Assembly (NCBI RefSeq): GCF_006345805.1
Contig: NC_043002.1
Coordinates: forward strand, 50,654,001-50,718,000
Source: Octopus sinensis
Taxonomy: Eukaryota
Direction: 5' to 3'
DNA length: 64,000 nucleotides
Of this stretch, positions 38,095 through 52,152 are shown one piece after another; the first letter of the stretch is position 1, and each line of letters starts with the position of its first letter. The notes beneath the pieces were generated by a model. It was given only the letters and a program-made list of their open reading frames with translations, did no database searches and was not told the origin of the DNA. The translations under genes were made by a program, and so were the position numbers.

Positions 38095-38636
38095 TATTTC
38101 TGCCATCAAGGTCCTCTACACAGATACGTCTTCAACCATCTTAACCCCTGATGGAGAAACATCATCTTTCTCAATCGAAGCCGGAATACTGCAGGGAGAC
38201 ACACTCGCCCCATTTCTTTTCACCATTGTTGTTGATTATGTGCTACGTATGTCAGTTGATACCATCTCTGGCAAGGGCTTTGAAATAAAACCTACACTCG
38301 CCTCCTTATGAGAGCTCAAAATCTCTCGTGGAGGCGCCATCCAACCAAAATGCAAATATATGGGAAATTACCACCTGTGTCATCTCTTGTGAAAGGTAGG
38401 AGAGTCCAGTTTGCTGGACATTGTTGTAGAGCTGAAAAAGAAGTAATTTCTACTCTTCTCCTCTGGAAGCCATCTACTCGCAACACCAGAGGGCGCACAC
38501 TCTCCTACCCTGATGTAATCTCCAGGAATACAGGCATCCAGCAACAGGACCTCCGTAATGCTATGATGGACCGTGAAGTCTGGCGCAACATAGTAAATTC
38601 CATTGTCTCGACCACGGTCGAACAATGATGATGATG
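38095..38636 (+). mobile_element. internally deleted RTE-group LINE with intact 3' end and 12-bp TSD
   Basis: GILQGDTLAPFLFTIVVDY fused to C-terminal RRVQFAGHC..AMMDREVWR; (TGA)n tail; TSD AATGATAAGTAT at 38083-38094 and 38637-38648. Confidence 0.85.
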
Positions 38637-40074
38637 AATGATAAGTATATTTACGACGAATTACCAGATCTTGCGCTTCCCTTAAGTATACTCTACACCA
38701 CCTGTGCCTGTAATATTACCTTTTACAATATTTTATAGAACCGCATCCAATGGTATCCTTATCTTAATTTATTTATTTTCATTTGCTTTTGTTTAGAACA
38801 CCTCGACTTATCCTTATTATTTATTTCTTATCTTTTAATCTTTATCTCTTTTTATATCCAGTATGCATCTTATGGCATCCTCAATGTAACATGTTTATCT
38901 TTATGTCTATTTTTTCAATTTATAAATCCTTTATTGAAATCTTATATATTTCTTCATTTTATTTAAAAAATGTTTTAGTATATTTTAGTTATTCTTTTAT
39001 ATTGTATTATTATATTTTGTATTTTGTATACCTGTTTACCCTCGTATACGTGTGTAACATTATAAGAATAGCGAAGGGGTTGTAAATTCTCTCTATAGTT
39101 AATCATGGTATAATATAATACAATATGGTATTTATATTTATTTATTTATTTGTATTTACATTTTATAATTATAATATATTAATATATTATTTATTCATTT
39201 TTTATATTTTTCATTTGTACCTATATAGATATGTGATATTATTATAGCTTCTTATACCCTTGAAGATTTTTTCATAATGTTGGACATTTTTTTCGTATAA
39301 TTATATTTTTCCAAGGTATTTTAAATAAGTTTATCTGTTATAGAACTGATTATCTTATTTCCCCCTTAATCTTTGGTTTTCAGTCAATAAAAAATGGGTA
39401 CAACTCGGATGAAATCTGAATTTAATTATGGGTTCATTGTTGAATAGTTCATGAAGCATCATGAGGTTTTTATTTTATATAAAGTACCCCACTTTTTAGG
39501 GCGTAGATTGGTTTATCTATCCTTCTTCTCTGACTTGGTCCTTAAAGCCCTTTCTACAGTTTATTATTTAAATTGCATTATGTAATATACACAGTTTTAT
39601 AATATATAAATTTTGCTAAATTTGGATATATTATTTTCCCCCTGTATCCTCAATACCTACTTAAATCTCATTGTGACCTCCCTTCTTTTCTAGTTTAGGC
39701 CCATTTTAACTGATAATAATAAAATAGTTTAAGTCACCCCTACCATTCCTCTTCCTGGTTATACACCATTACCTTGCTGGCATATTCTGAGGAAAGTTCC
39801 TTTATGTAGTCATGGAGAATTTATAGTCACAGTAAAAAAGGAGTAAGGAAGAGTTTCTGACATTAATTTATCACCAGTAGCAACAGCTTAACTGTCAATT
39901 TCCAGTGGTGTAAATTCTAAGTGGATGTAGAATACTAGTTGCATTGGATTGTTTGATTTTGATAAGGAGAAATAATCAATGTAGCTATATTACCATTTCT
40001 TGACTCCCATTGTTATTCTCTTCTACCACTCTAAATTATAGTAGGCTTGGGATATTTTCTCTCTAAGTTCATTC

Positions 40075-40487
40075 TTATTTCTTTATTGCCCACAAGGGGC
40101 TAAACATAGAGAGGACAAACAAGGACAGACAAAGGGATTAAGTCGATTACATCGATCCCTGTGCGTAACTGGTACTTGATTTATCGACTCTGAAAGGATG
40201 AAGAGTCGACCTCGGTGAAATTTGAACTCAGAACGTAACGGCAGACGAAATACCTATTTCTTTACTACCCACAAGGAGCTAAACACAGAGAGGATAAACA
40301 AGGACAGACAGACGGATTAAGTCGATTATATCGACCCCAGTGCGTAACTGGTACTTAATTTATCGACCCCGAAAGGATGAAAGGCAAAGTCGACCTCGGC
40401 GGAATTTGAACTCAGAACGTAACGGCAGACGAAATACGGCTACGCATTTCGTCCGGCGTGCTAACGTTTCTGCCAGCTCGGCGCCGT
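40075..40487 (-). mobile_element. SINE family B (tRNA head + Nin-like core), full copy plus tandem partial copy
   Basis: Head GGCGCCGAGCTGGCAGAAACGTTAGC, B box GAGTTCAAATTCC, core GAGGTCGACTTTGCCTTTCATCCTTTCGGGGTCGATAAA; ~175-bp unit duplicated. Confidence 0.85.
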
Positions 40488-41066
40488 GAGTTCATTCTGC
40501 TACAATAATAGCAATAAGCATGTAGTTCTTTTATTCTCAAGTTCTTATGAGAAATTTGCTAAAAAGTTATAATGAAGTATCCTGCATGTTGAAAATCTAT
40601 AAGGCCTTATGCGACATAGGAAGGCGGTTATTTCAAATTGATGTGATGCTTGCATTGATTGATTACATGGAGCTCTCTGAAACGGCCGTAATGCACTCAT
40701 AACTGGACATCCTAGCTACTTATTTACCTTTAAGTCACCTAACATCGAGCTGTGCGGACAATACCGGGTTGACTGGGTGACTCAACTTAAGTATATATAT
40801 AATATACAGGGTAGGAAAATTATAGAAGTTTTTCTACCAGTAGCTAGCATGTATAAAATAGTCGATCGACAACATACTTTTCATATAAAATTAGTGTACA
40901 TTTAAACGCAAAAGAGGTGACCCTAACCCTAACACTACCCCTAACCCTAGTTCCTTCTAGCACGTAAGGTGTCCTGTTAGGGTCACCTCTTTTGTTTTTA
41001 AATGTACTCTAATCACACACACACACACACTCACACTCTCTCTCTCTCTCTCACACGCACGCACAC

Positions 41067-41120
<54 letters not shown>

Positions 41121-41121
<1 letters not shown>

Positions 41122-41275
41122 GGCTTCTTTCATTTTCCGTCTAACAAATCCACTCACAAGGCTTTGATCGACTTGAAGCTATAGTAGAAGACACTTGCCC
41201 ATGGTGCCCCGCAATGGGAGTGAACCCGGAACGATGTGATTGGGATGCAAGCTTCTTAGCACGTAGCCACGCCTG
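41121..41275 (-). mobile_element. SINE family A 5' part
   Basis: Reverse complement of the 442-600 head. Confidence 0.75.
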
Positions 41276-41789
41276 TATCTAAAACTATTTTTCCATTTCT
41301 CTTTCTTACGTTCACGTTGTTTTCTATATAACTGCATCACTCCGAATGCGATTTTGTTTTATATGTCTTGGAATGTCATCTTGCATCACAAAGTGGATTT
41401 AAGCCCCCAGTGAAAGATCAACTAACTGATCGCTTGAGCCACTAAATTTTGTTATTATTATAAGAGCCTGATACTATTAAAAAGAAGAATGAAATGGTAA
41501 GAATAGTTTATTACATAATATTCTGCTTCACCAAGATTCTCTTGGAGCTAAACAACAACAATGACATCATCGTCAGTAGCAGCAACAGCAATAGCAACAG
41601 AAACTACAATGAGAAATAATGGCGTGTATGGGGTGGATGTGGAATCGTCTTTACTTGTCTCTATGATATTTTCATTGAAGCAATACACCATTAAATTTCA
41701 CATATATACATGTATTATACCTGTAGGATCTTTATTATTTTGATCTCAACAGCAATCTTTATATGTATATTCTTTGACTAATCAATTTT

Positions 41790-43400
41790 ACATTTCACTT
41801 CTGGGTATTGCTGGTTATCGCATTATATTCTTGGGTATTTTTGTAATTACAGTATATCCTTGAGCAGCTAGTCAAAACATTATACTTTTGTATATTGCTC
41901 ATTACCACATTATACGCTTGAGTATTTCTAGATGCTCAAGTTTACTTACGGATATTCGTACTCACCACTATCATATGCACCTCCAATACAAGGTTCAGTC
42001 CTTGTAGTGGTGTGGGGACGCGTATGCCTCAATAACCCCGAAAGCTACGCCAATAAAGTGCAAAGTCGTGGACAAGTGAAAGGAAAGTGGCCAAACTAAT
42101 ACGGATCACATCTTCCTAAAGGTAAAAATGGATTTGCGTAGGACCAACACCCCTTTCTAGAAGACAAAGCAAAGTTACAGAAACATCGATGACAATTCAG
42201 AACTATTAAGACCTGGGAACAGAAGTTTTTTTTTCCTCGGGGGAGCATATGACCCAGTACCTACAAAAAGAGGCGGAATAAAGGTCGCTCTAAAAATAAC
42301 TAGTGGTGGGGGTACTGAGGCAGAGCACAAAAAAGGAGCTAATTAGAGGAAAGCAGAAATGATAGTCAAGAGTCGAGAACAGGGAGGAAAGTGGCCAAAG
42401 GCTTACATACCTTGAGGAACGAAGAGCTTAAGAGAAAAAAGGTGGTCAAACGCAATTGGGTATTGTTTGGTCATCAAATCATATCCTTGGGTATTGCTGG
42501 TCGCAATTTTGTACTCTGATATGGATGGGTACCATCGTAGGAACTAGGGTATTTTTGATCACTCTATTATATCCTTGAATATTTTTGTTCGTCAAATCAT
42601 TGGTCGACGAAATTTTCGCCATTATTTTATACACATGGGTTTTGTTGCTTATCCCGTAATAGATTTCAGTATTGCTGGTCATCACATTATGTTCTTGGGT
42701 ACCGTTATTCATCACAGCATAACCTTGAGAATTTTAAACCGTCATATCATAACCTTGTCATGGTATTGCATCAGGGCGGATTGCGAAGAGGTAACGGAGT
42801 AGCTCAACTGACCCAGCTGTGCTTTTTATATTGATGCTGGGCGGAGGAGGAATCCTAGGAGATCAACGGCCAGGATCACCAAGTTCTAACAAGAGAGTAA
42901 CTGCAATGCATCCATGGGGGTGATGTCCATTGTTATGTATTCAGCTAATTGAAAAATTCATTATGACACAAGCTCCCAATCCAAATTCGTAATAACGGAA
43001 TTGGAAGGTGACGGAAAGTTGTGGGAATCCGCGAAAGCAGCGAAAAGAAATTTATAACCTTAGGCTCTACTGATGACTTTATTTTCACCTTGGTGATATT
43101 TGATCATCATACACCTTTAGCTATTTATAACACCCATGGGTAAATTTGGTTATCACATTGGTCTTAGATACTACATCCCATCATATAAATTTGGGTATTT
43201 CTCTTCAACCCATTTTCCATTGGCGTATTGCTCATCATTCAATTATGCGCCTGAATATTTCTGGTCCTCATTTGGGATTCTTAATCATCACATAATCTTC
43301 GTTATTTTAGGTGATTATAATATACCCTTGGGTATTTTCAATCATTGCATTATAACCGTGATTATTACTATTAATTAAATTATATTCAAAGTTATTTCTG
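41790..43400. repeat. old, degenerate ~30-bp minisatellite interrupted by two insertions
   Basis: Recurrent CATTATA.CCTTGGGTATT..TG.TCA.CA units at 41790-41975, 42457-42770 and 43080-43400. Confidence 0.65.
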
Positions 43401-44724
43401 ATTTTCATATTAGTAGCAAATTAGTGAGTAATTAAATAAATAAAATGAAAGCAGTTCGAAAACAGATTTTAAAATGCTCGAAAAATCCAGTTAAAAAACA
43501 GCTACTGGATAACATTGAACGGAAAACCAGTTTAAAACCCAGAGCTAAAGACCTGTTCTAAAACCTATTTCGAAACAATTTTAAAAGCCAAGGTTGAAGG
43601 CAGTTATAAACAATGAATAGTTAATACCCAGTTCAAATAATAGTTTTAAAGACCGCTCAAAGCTAGTTTACATGAGAAATTAAAAAAAAAACAACAAAGC
43701 TCTAAAAACTATTAAAACATGAAGAACGAAAGATATAAACCTAACCAAGGAGAACAGAAAACAGTTAAAAATCAAATCAACATCCAGTTGTAAAACAGTT
43801 AAAAAATAGTTAAAGTCAGTAGAAACTAATTAGAAATAGTAAACGCCTAAAAGCCAATTAAAGAGTGAACAACAAATAATGTTATTGAGGTGTGAGGTAA
43901 AGAACATTGTGTTAAAAGGGAATTTAATACCTCTGCTTCTAACGCTGCTGCTGTTGTTGTTGCTGTTGTCGTTATTGTGGTCGGTGGTGTTGCAGTCCGT
44001 ACATGAAGAAAACAAATGTAATATACAGTCTCTTTTTTTTTTTTAATTTTGTTCAGTTTCAGTTTCGGTTTTTGGAATTGAAACCGGCAAGCTATGCTCA
44101 GTTGTTCGGTGGTTGTGATGATATCCTACTATATGATGGTGGCGGTAGTGGTGGTTATGATTGCTTGATAGTGGTGATAGTATGAGTCGTGGTAGTGGTG
44201 GTGCTGGTGTGTGTATGTGTGTGGTGGGGGTTATATTGGTTGTGGCGGTAGCGCTGGGAAAAGTGGGAATGGTGCGACCGAGACAAGCAATTTAAGTGGG
44301 GCTGCTGTTGATGGTGTTCAAGACGGTATTGTAAGTCGTAGGGATTGTATTACTGCTGCTACGTCCGTTTCTCCTTCCACTACCAACACCACCACCACTA
44401 TCATCACCACCACCATCACTACTCCTACTACTACTACTACAAGGATTAGTAAATGAAATATTACTAATACTAATAGTTGTGAAATAAATGTTTTAAAAAC
44501 TCTTTGAGAACCGCGAGTGAAAAGTTAGGCAAACGGTGATAGATGCTATTATATAAAAGCTAGGAGAAGATAATGAGTTAGTTTATATCTTGACGAAAAT
44601 ATATATAAAAATCAAGAGGGGATGGTCATGTCTCGAATGGTTTTAAAAAGAGAATTGTTTGATCAAGACTAATTGAGATACTAAAACCTGCAATGACAGC
44701 GCCTAGATCAACCGCAACGGCAGT

Positions 44725-44890
44725 GGTGGCGCAATGGCCCAGTGGTTTCGATTCCCAGAACGCGGTTTCGATTCCCAGACCGGGCATTGGGAGTGTTTAT
44801 TGAGCAAAAACACCAAAGCTCCACGAGGCTCCGGTGGAGGGGTGGTGAACCCCGCTGTACTCTTTCTCTCACTCTTTCTTCCTACTTCTG
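44725..44890 (+). mobile_element. tRNA-derived SINE, family C (partial)
   Basis: GGCGCAATGGCCCAGTGGTT..GGTTTCGATTCCC; homologous to 56268-56580. Confidence 0.75.
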
Positions 44891-45344
44891 CCACAAAGCA
44901 GAGGAACCATGGTGTAACCCACTATGGTGTGGTAAACTTTCAGACCCTAGTCTAGATTTCGAATCCTCTGTACCCCAGGATGGTTCAGCTCTCCACCCGT
45001 TAAAAGCCGCCGTTTACGGAATGAGGATAACAACGGAGCTTTCGCGCTCGTGCAACCGCCAGTCTATCGTATGTGGTGGGTGGATCTTCAAGTTGCCACA
45101 TGCATTCTTAGTAGCTTAGAGTAGGCTCAAATTGGAGATTATTCTTTGTGGCTAATGGCGTGAGTCCTGACTGGAAGAAGAAGAAGACAGCAACGGTAGC
45201 AATAACAACAACACAAACAAAAACAACATCAGTAGCAGCAGCAGCAGCAACAACAACAGTAGTAAAACAAAAATGGCGAAGACATCAACGATAACAACAT
45301 TTGTACAAAAAGTTAAATTTCAACTTATACCGTGTGCGGTATAT

Positions 45345-45706
45345 TCTTTTACTTGTTTCAGCCATTTGACTGCGGCCTTACTGGAGCACTGCCCTTAGTC
45401 GAACAAATCGATCTCAGAACTTATTCTTTGTAAGCCTAGTACTTATTTTAAAAGTCACTTTTGCCGAACTGCTAAGTTACGGGAATGTAAACACACCAGC
45501 ATCTGTCGTCAAGGGACGGGGTGGGGTCATACACAGATACATATATGACGGGCTTCTTTTAGTTTTTATCTATCAAATCCATGCACAAGGCTTTGGTCGG
45601 CCCGCCGCTATAATAGAAGGCATGCCGAAGTTGCCACACAGTGAGACTGAACTCGGAACCATGTGGTTGGGAAGCAAGCTTCTTACGACACAGCCATGCC
45701 TGCGCC
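45345..45706 (-). mobile_element. SINE family A
   Basis: Head reverse complement ..ACAGCCATGCCTGCGCC; tail reverse complement TTTTACTTGTTTCAG. Confidence 0.8.
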
Positions 45707-46188
45707 TATGATGAAGTTTCACACAGGTTTCAATGTCGACCATTACTTCTAAATCAATGATATATCTTATCAATCAAGTCAGTCATTTGTCAAATATACA
45801 TCCCACCTTCCCCATTCATCACCACCTACGACAGTTCTCAAGATGAATGTTGGTAATAGCTTGCGTAATCAGTTCTCAGCTATGACCACCACCACAAGCA
45901 CCAGCACAACAACCACCATTGCGACCACCACCATTACCACCACCACCACCAAATTCTTTTCTTTTAGCCTCTTCACCTTCAGTCTTCGCAACCACCAACA
46001 CTATATAACCACTACAACAATAACCACAACCACAACCGCTGTCACTACCATCATTGTCACATCTATCCACATTACCAACTAGCCTCACCACTATCACTGT
46101 CACAACTACTACAACTACCAAAAAGTTACCACTGCCACCACCACCAGCACAACCACCACCACAGCAACAACAACAACAACAACAACAC

Positions 46189-46281
<93 letters not shown>

Positions 46282-46587
46282 TATTACTGCAACAACAACT
46301 GATACAACTATTACTACTACTGCTGCTGCTTACTTCTGCTATTACAACTACTTCTACCGCTACAACCACCAACACTACCACCGCTTGATCATCTTGATCA
46401 TCATCACTACTGCGATCATCATCACCATAAAATATCACTACTACCACCCAAATCATCAATATCAACACCGACACCACCACTACTACCCTACCACCACTAT
46501 CATTATCATCTTTACTATCACCACCACTTCTATTATTAGTGCCCCCATTACCATAACCACCACTACTAACACCACTACCACCAACTT

Positions 46588-46619
<32 letters not shown>

Positions 46620-46637
46620 ACTACTACTACTACTACT

Positions 46638-46679
<42 letters not shown>

Positions 46680-47165
46680 TACTACTTACTTTGTTTCCAC
46701 CAGAACTACTTGCCTATCGAAAAACATTGTCATCAAACCTTCACTACCACTTTACTGTAAGCTCCACTAACCTCCAACGTTCATTCGGTCTCTCTCTCTC
46801 CCTATCTGCTTGTCAGCTTGTGTGTGACTGTCTATCTGTTTCATTCTCTCTCTCTCTCATTCCTTATCTCTGTCTTCTTTGTTTTCCTCTAACCATCAGC
46901 AATTTCACTTCTCGGCTCAAAATGCTAAAAAATCCCAAATCCGGGATCGCGCCACGTGGAATTCTGTTTGTCATTTCGTCACTTTTGCATTTCCCCGCCC
47001 CCACCCTGATCCACCCTTTTCATCCTTTCTTTCTTTTTCCGTACTGCGTTTCTTTCTTTAATTTTCTTTACGCCATTATTTCTTTTCTTACGCAGTATAC
47101 ATCCATCCATCCATCCATCCATCCATACATACATACATACATACATGCGCACATATACACATATG

Positions 47166-47220
<55 letters not shown>

Positions 47221-47319
47221 CGAGAGATAGAGAGATAGATAGATACAAACATACATACGTATACATATACATATATATATATATCTATATATATGTATAT
47301 GTACACACACACACACACA

Positions 47320-47362
<43 letters not shown>

Positions 47363-47734
47363 CTATTTATATTTTTTTTTCTAAACACATAACTCACACT
47401 TAGCCAACTACTTATTGTAAATTGAATATCGACTTTGTTATTGCTTTCATTATTGTTGTCATTTGCTGTTATTGTTATTGTTGTTGTTGTTGTTGTTATG
47501 GCATCTATCCTCTCGGTAATTTTTGTTTTTTTACCCCTTTTGGTTTGGTTTGAATAAAATAAACTTCATTTCAATAAAGAAACCATATATTTTCCCGCCT
47601 CTAGCAGACAGGAGATGTTGCTGCTGTTATTTTAAAACCACAGTAAAAAAAAAACAAAAAAAAAAAAACTGAAAGAACAATGAATTCAAGAGCAACAATA
47701 ACAATTGTAACAATGACACCAACAACAACAACAA

Positions 47735-47771
<37 letters not shown>

Positions 47772-47800
47772 ATGCTTATATACGTATGTGTATGTATATA

Positions 47801-47857
<57 letters not shown>

Positions 47858-49620
47858 ACATATATGCGTACATACATATACATAGATACACATACATACA
47901 TACATAGACCTATACATACATACAAATATACATACACAATACTTACATATTGAAAGCGAAAAATAAAAACAAAATGGCGATTGTGATGCGTGTAAATTGT
48001 GATAAAACGGACTGACTAAACTGTAATTTATATCATGTCAAACAGCACACTGATTGCGAATGAGTAATGTTTTCTGTCGATGTAATTATTATTATTATTA
48101 TTATTATTATTAATATTATTATTATTATTATTATTGTTGTTGTTGTTAGCGTCGTCGTCGTTGTCATCGTTGTTGTTGTTGTTGTTGTTGTTGCTGAAGC
48201 TACATCTGCTCCTGTTCTTTCTACTGGTTTATAGTCTTCCTTGTTTTTGTCGTTGCTATTGTTGCTGCTGTGAATGTTTTACTTGTTGCTAACGTAGTTA
48301 TTCTAATTTTTGGCGTATTTGTTGTTGTTGTTGTTGTTGTTGCCGTTTATGTTGTCATTCATAATGTTGTTGTTAGTGTTGTCGTAAATGCTATTTGTCT
48401 GTTTGTTGTCGTGGTTGCTTTTGTTGCTCTTATTGTGTTCTCTTTGTTGTTTTTATTAGGTGTTCTTTTCGCAACCTGTTGCCAATATCATTATTCTCCT
48501 AGTTCATGTTGCTATTCTTCTCTGATCGCTGGTACTGCTGCTACTATTGCTTTAACTAATTTTTGTGTTAGTGTTGTTGCAATTCTTATTGTATCTGGGG
48601 TGGCTGTTGGGACCAAGACTTTTTTTTATTTGATGCTAATATTATTATTTTTGTAACTGTTTCTGCTATCGCTGTACACATTTCTAATTAGTTTCCGTTA
48701 CGAATATTGCTACCATTGTGGCAAATATTGCTAACGCTAAATAATTAATTCTGGGTGTTGTCCCTCATTATTTTTGCAGTTGCTATTGTTGTGTCTGCTG
48801 GTTCTAGTATATGATGCTAAGGGTATCGCTAGCATTGTTATCGTTGCTGCTATTGTTGTTGCTAATATCGTTGCTGTTAGCGTAATCAGTATCTAGTTGC
48901 GTTTGTCACTTTTAAAGTTGTTGATGTTGTCGGTGGTGGTATTGGTGGTAGTAGTGATTATTGCACTCACTGCTAATATTATAAATCATGCTGAGGTCAA
49001 CTTTACCTTTCATTCTTGCGAAGAATATAAAATAAAATACCAATCAAGAATTGGAGCTGACTCTTTTGACTTAAATCCTCACCTTAAACGTGTGACCTTG
49101 TAACTATGTTAGAAATCAATATGGTTGCGCTGTGGTTCAATCTCAGTCAATATGACTTATTGTAGTTTTTGACAATATTTGTTATTGCTTAAACTTGTCC
49201 AAGTCATGATCAAACGGACCGGTGATCAGATACGTTTCAGCCGTTCTCACCACTAGTATGTCTCATATGTGTGTGCTTTTTCAATGTATTTAGACATAAG
49301 GTATTTAATATTACATATTTACCGTGTCAATCCTTTTTAAGACACGAATATGCTATATAAATGAAGTTTGCCCACTAATTTTGGCAGACCATCCTATCAC
49401 ATTGAGAATTGATATATGGTTGTTATCCTTGATGGTTTGCGATATGAGCTTATGGCGTGGGAAGGACCTATGATCGTTTATTTTACATACACACGCGTGT
49501 GCGCACACACACACACGCATACACACAAACACGCAAACACGCACAGGCACACTCACGCATGCACACACACACATGCCCATCTCCCAACACCCCTGCACAC
49601 CCCACACCCCACACAGATAT

Positions 49621-50319
49621 ATAAAGAACTTAAGTGGGGTTCAAAATTCACAACAGCTGTTTCGGCAGCATTTTATTAATACATCTTTAGATTACATTAT
49701 GGAATAACCACGCCATCTTATGATAAATTTTAAACATATAAGGTAGAAATAGATGTGACTTGTTCACCAGCAATCATGGTAGAACAAGATCCACCATAAC
49801 TGTTTCTCCATGATTCTTGGTGAAGTTTCTCTCTCTCTTTCTCTCCCTTTACGCTTTTGCTCGATAGGGCCGGTGTAATGCAAGGTTAGCTTCCCAGAGA
49901 CGTGATCGTGCGTAGAGTCAACCAGGCCAGGTCCATGACTGCCATTCATTGCTCACGGTCCCTTGCCAGTCCCGCTACACCCTCCAAGGAGATCTTCCTT
50001 AATCACGTCCAGCCATGGGACCACTTCCGGCCCGCAGCTCTTGCGTCAAACGGGAGTAAGGGAGCAGGGTGATTTTAGCCAGAGGCGGAGAACATGTCTG
50101 TACTAGTGCATGCCGCGGATGGCTATAAGGTTGTGGGCTGTTGCGTGCGCACACGTTGCTCTTCGTTGGAAGCGTGATGGTAAAATCTGATGTTCTCGAA
50201 GGATGTGACAAACGCCATGACATCAGGGCCAATATGGAGTGGGAAAGGATCCAGCTTATCACCGACATGTCTTGCCTGTTTGCATGGATAAAAGAGAAAG
50301 AGAGAGGGGGAAGAAGTGT

Positions 50320-50354
<35 letters not shown>

Positions 50355-50541
50355 TGGGAGAGCAAGATAAAGTATGAAACGGAGGTAAAGAGATGGGGAT
50401 AGAGAAAAAATAATTAGTAAAAGAAATTAAATTTACCTGGAGATGGCGGTGTTTTGCCATAATGCAATCTCAGAATTCATCAATAAAATGCTATCGAAAC
50501 AGCTGTTGTGAATTTTGAACCCTACTTGTGTTCTTCTTTAT
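49621..50541. repeat. ~110-bp inverted-repeat pair (49621-49732 / 50428-50541), each arm with a hammerhead-like motif
   Basis: GGGTTCAAAATTCACAACAGCTGTTTCG versus CGAAACAGCTGTTGTGAATTTTGAACCC. Right arm reads AAATTTAC-CTGGAGA-..-GAAA-CAGCTG-TT-GTGAATTT. Confidence 0.8.
49850..50280 (-). mobile_element. RTE-clade LINE 3' fragment between the inverted repeats
   Basis: Minus strand SNEEQRVRTQQP, YRHVLR and PWLDVIKEDL..LARDREQ* match the RTE C-terminal pattern. Confidence 0.6.
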
Positions 50542-50626
50542 ACATACGCTATACTTGGAAACATATCTGAGTGGGTCCCTACACTCAACACACAATAATA
50601 TGAAAATGTAAGGGTATATATTTTCC

Positions 50627-50712
50627 CACCTCCGAGGAGATTCAACTTAAAAGTGTTTTTAATTATACTAATTAATTTCTAAAGTCATGAATCGAAACAG
50701 CTGTCAGAGGTG
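50627..50712 (+). ncRNA. type I hammerhead ribozyme motif with extended stem II
   Basis: CACCT-CCGAGGA-GATTCA..TGAATC-GAAA-CAGCTG-TC-AGAGGTG; 6-bp stem II base; palindromic stem III ACAGCTGT. Confidence 0.65.
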
Positions 50713-50799
50713 ATGTTCAATTTTGTAATTAATAAATAATCATTAATTTAATTATCGCTATTTTCTTATTTTCTCAAAAAAGTGTATGTATATATATAT

Positions 50800-50846
<47 letters not shown>

Positions 50847-50965
50847 ATATACACACATGTATATAATTGTGTGTTGCTTCAACATGTTGTACGTTCAATT
50901 CTATGTATCCAATGAATTCTGGCGTCCTAATTGTTGATATACCAAGATTCCTGCGAATCCTACAA

Positions 50966-51042
<77 letters not shown>

Positions 51043-51062
51043 TATACATATATATATATACA

Positions 51063-51094
<32 letters not shown>

Positions 51095-51398
51095 CATATA
51101 TTTATATATGTATATATGTATGTATGTATATATGTATATGGAGTGCTTTATATATGTGTGCACATCTTTATAAGCATATATATGTTTGTAAATACGTGTG
51201 CACCGAGAGAGGGAAAGGAAAAGAGATAGGTGGGAGAAATCGTTATTTATAGATTGGAAGGTTGAAAGAAAAAAGAAAGAGAATTTGTTTTGATACGTGT
51301 CTGAGAGCTCATGAAGGGAATTGGGAGAAGCCTGAAGGAAGATATACGGATATGCTGATATATACCGATATAAAGAGAGAAATAGATAAAGAGAGAGA

Positions 51399-51444
<46 letters not shown>

Positions 51445-52152
51445 AACAGATAAAGGAGAGTGAGAAAGAGGGAACAGGAGACAGATAGACATAAAGAAAT
51501 AATGAGTAACAGAAGGTGAAAGAAAGAGAAGAAATGATAAAAATCCTGGGTGGCTGTTTGTGAAAGAGAGATACGGATTGTGATAAGGCACGTGCATTAG
51601 CGTGAAATGGAGAGAAAGAGAGAGGGGGGATGGAAGGATGGACGAGAGAGAGGGTGTGTTAAGAGAGAGAGAGTGGTGATAGAGGGAAAAAGAAGGGAGA
51701 GAAATTAGAGTTAGTGAAAGAAACAAAGAGTATTCAACTGTATATGTTAAACATAATGGAACAAACCGAAAGAATGAAAAACAAAGTCAAGAAGTTCAAT
51801 GTAAATGTATGTTTAAATGTGTGTGTACATGTGTGTGCGTATGTGAGAGGGAGAGTGTGAGAGAGAAACAAACAGAGAGAGGGAGAGATAGAATGTGTGA
51901 ATGTATGCCTGTATATGTGAGGCTGCAGATTAAATATTTAAAGACAAAACCTACTGTTGCCTCTTGCACTAAACACAAAGCAGCTATTTTTACGAAGTAC
52001 AACATAAAGGTGTTGTTTAAAATTAAGTGAAAAATATCAGAATGCTAATATATAAATAACAGTATAGTTATTCTTCAAGTGATCCGTTTTTTTTATCGTC
52101 CTTGCATAAGCACACACACACATGCGCACACACCCATACGTAGATACACATA

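Noticed and set aside
40921-40950. CCCTAA telomere-like repeats
   Set aside because: Only about three imperfect units; more likely part of an interspersed repeat than an interstitial telomere.
41790-43400. Regularly spaced repeats as a possible CRISPR or repeat-protein exon
   Set aside because: Units are contiguous and degenerate, with no unique spacers and no sustained open frame.
45880-47170. Thr/His-rich mucin-like ORFs (e.g. 46385-47170), similarly 9058-9613 and 59463-60039
   Set aside because: Degenerate trinucleotide repeats (ACT, ACC, GAT); no splice or domain evidence.
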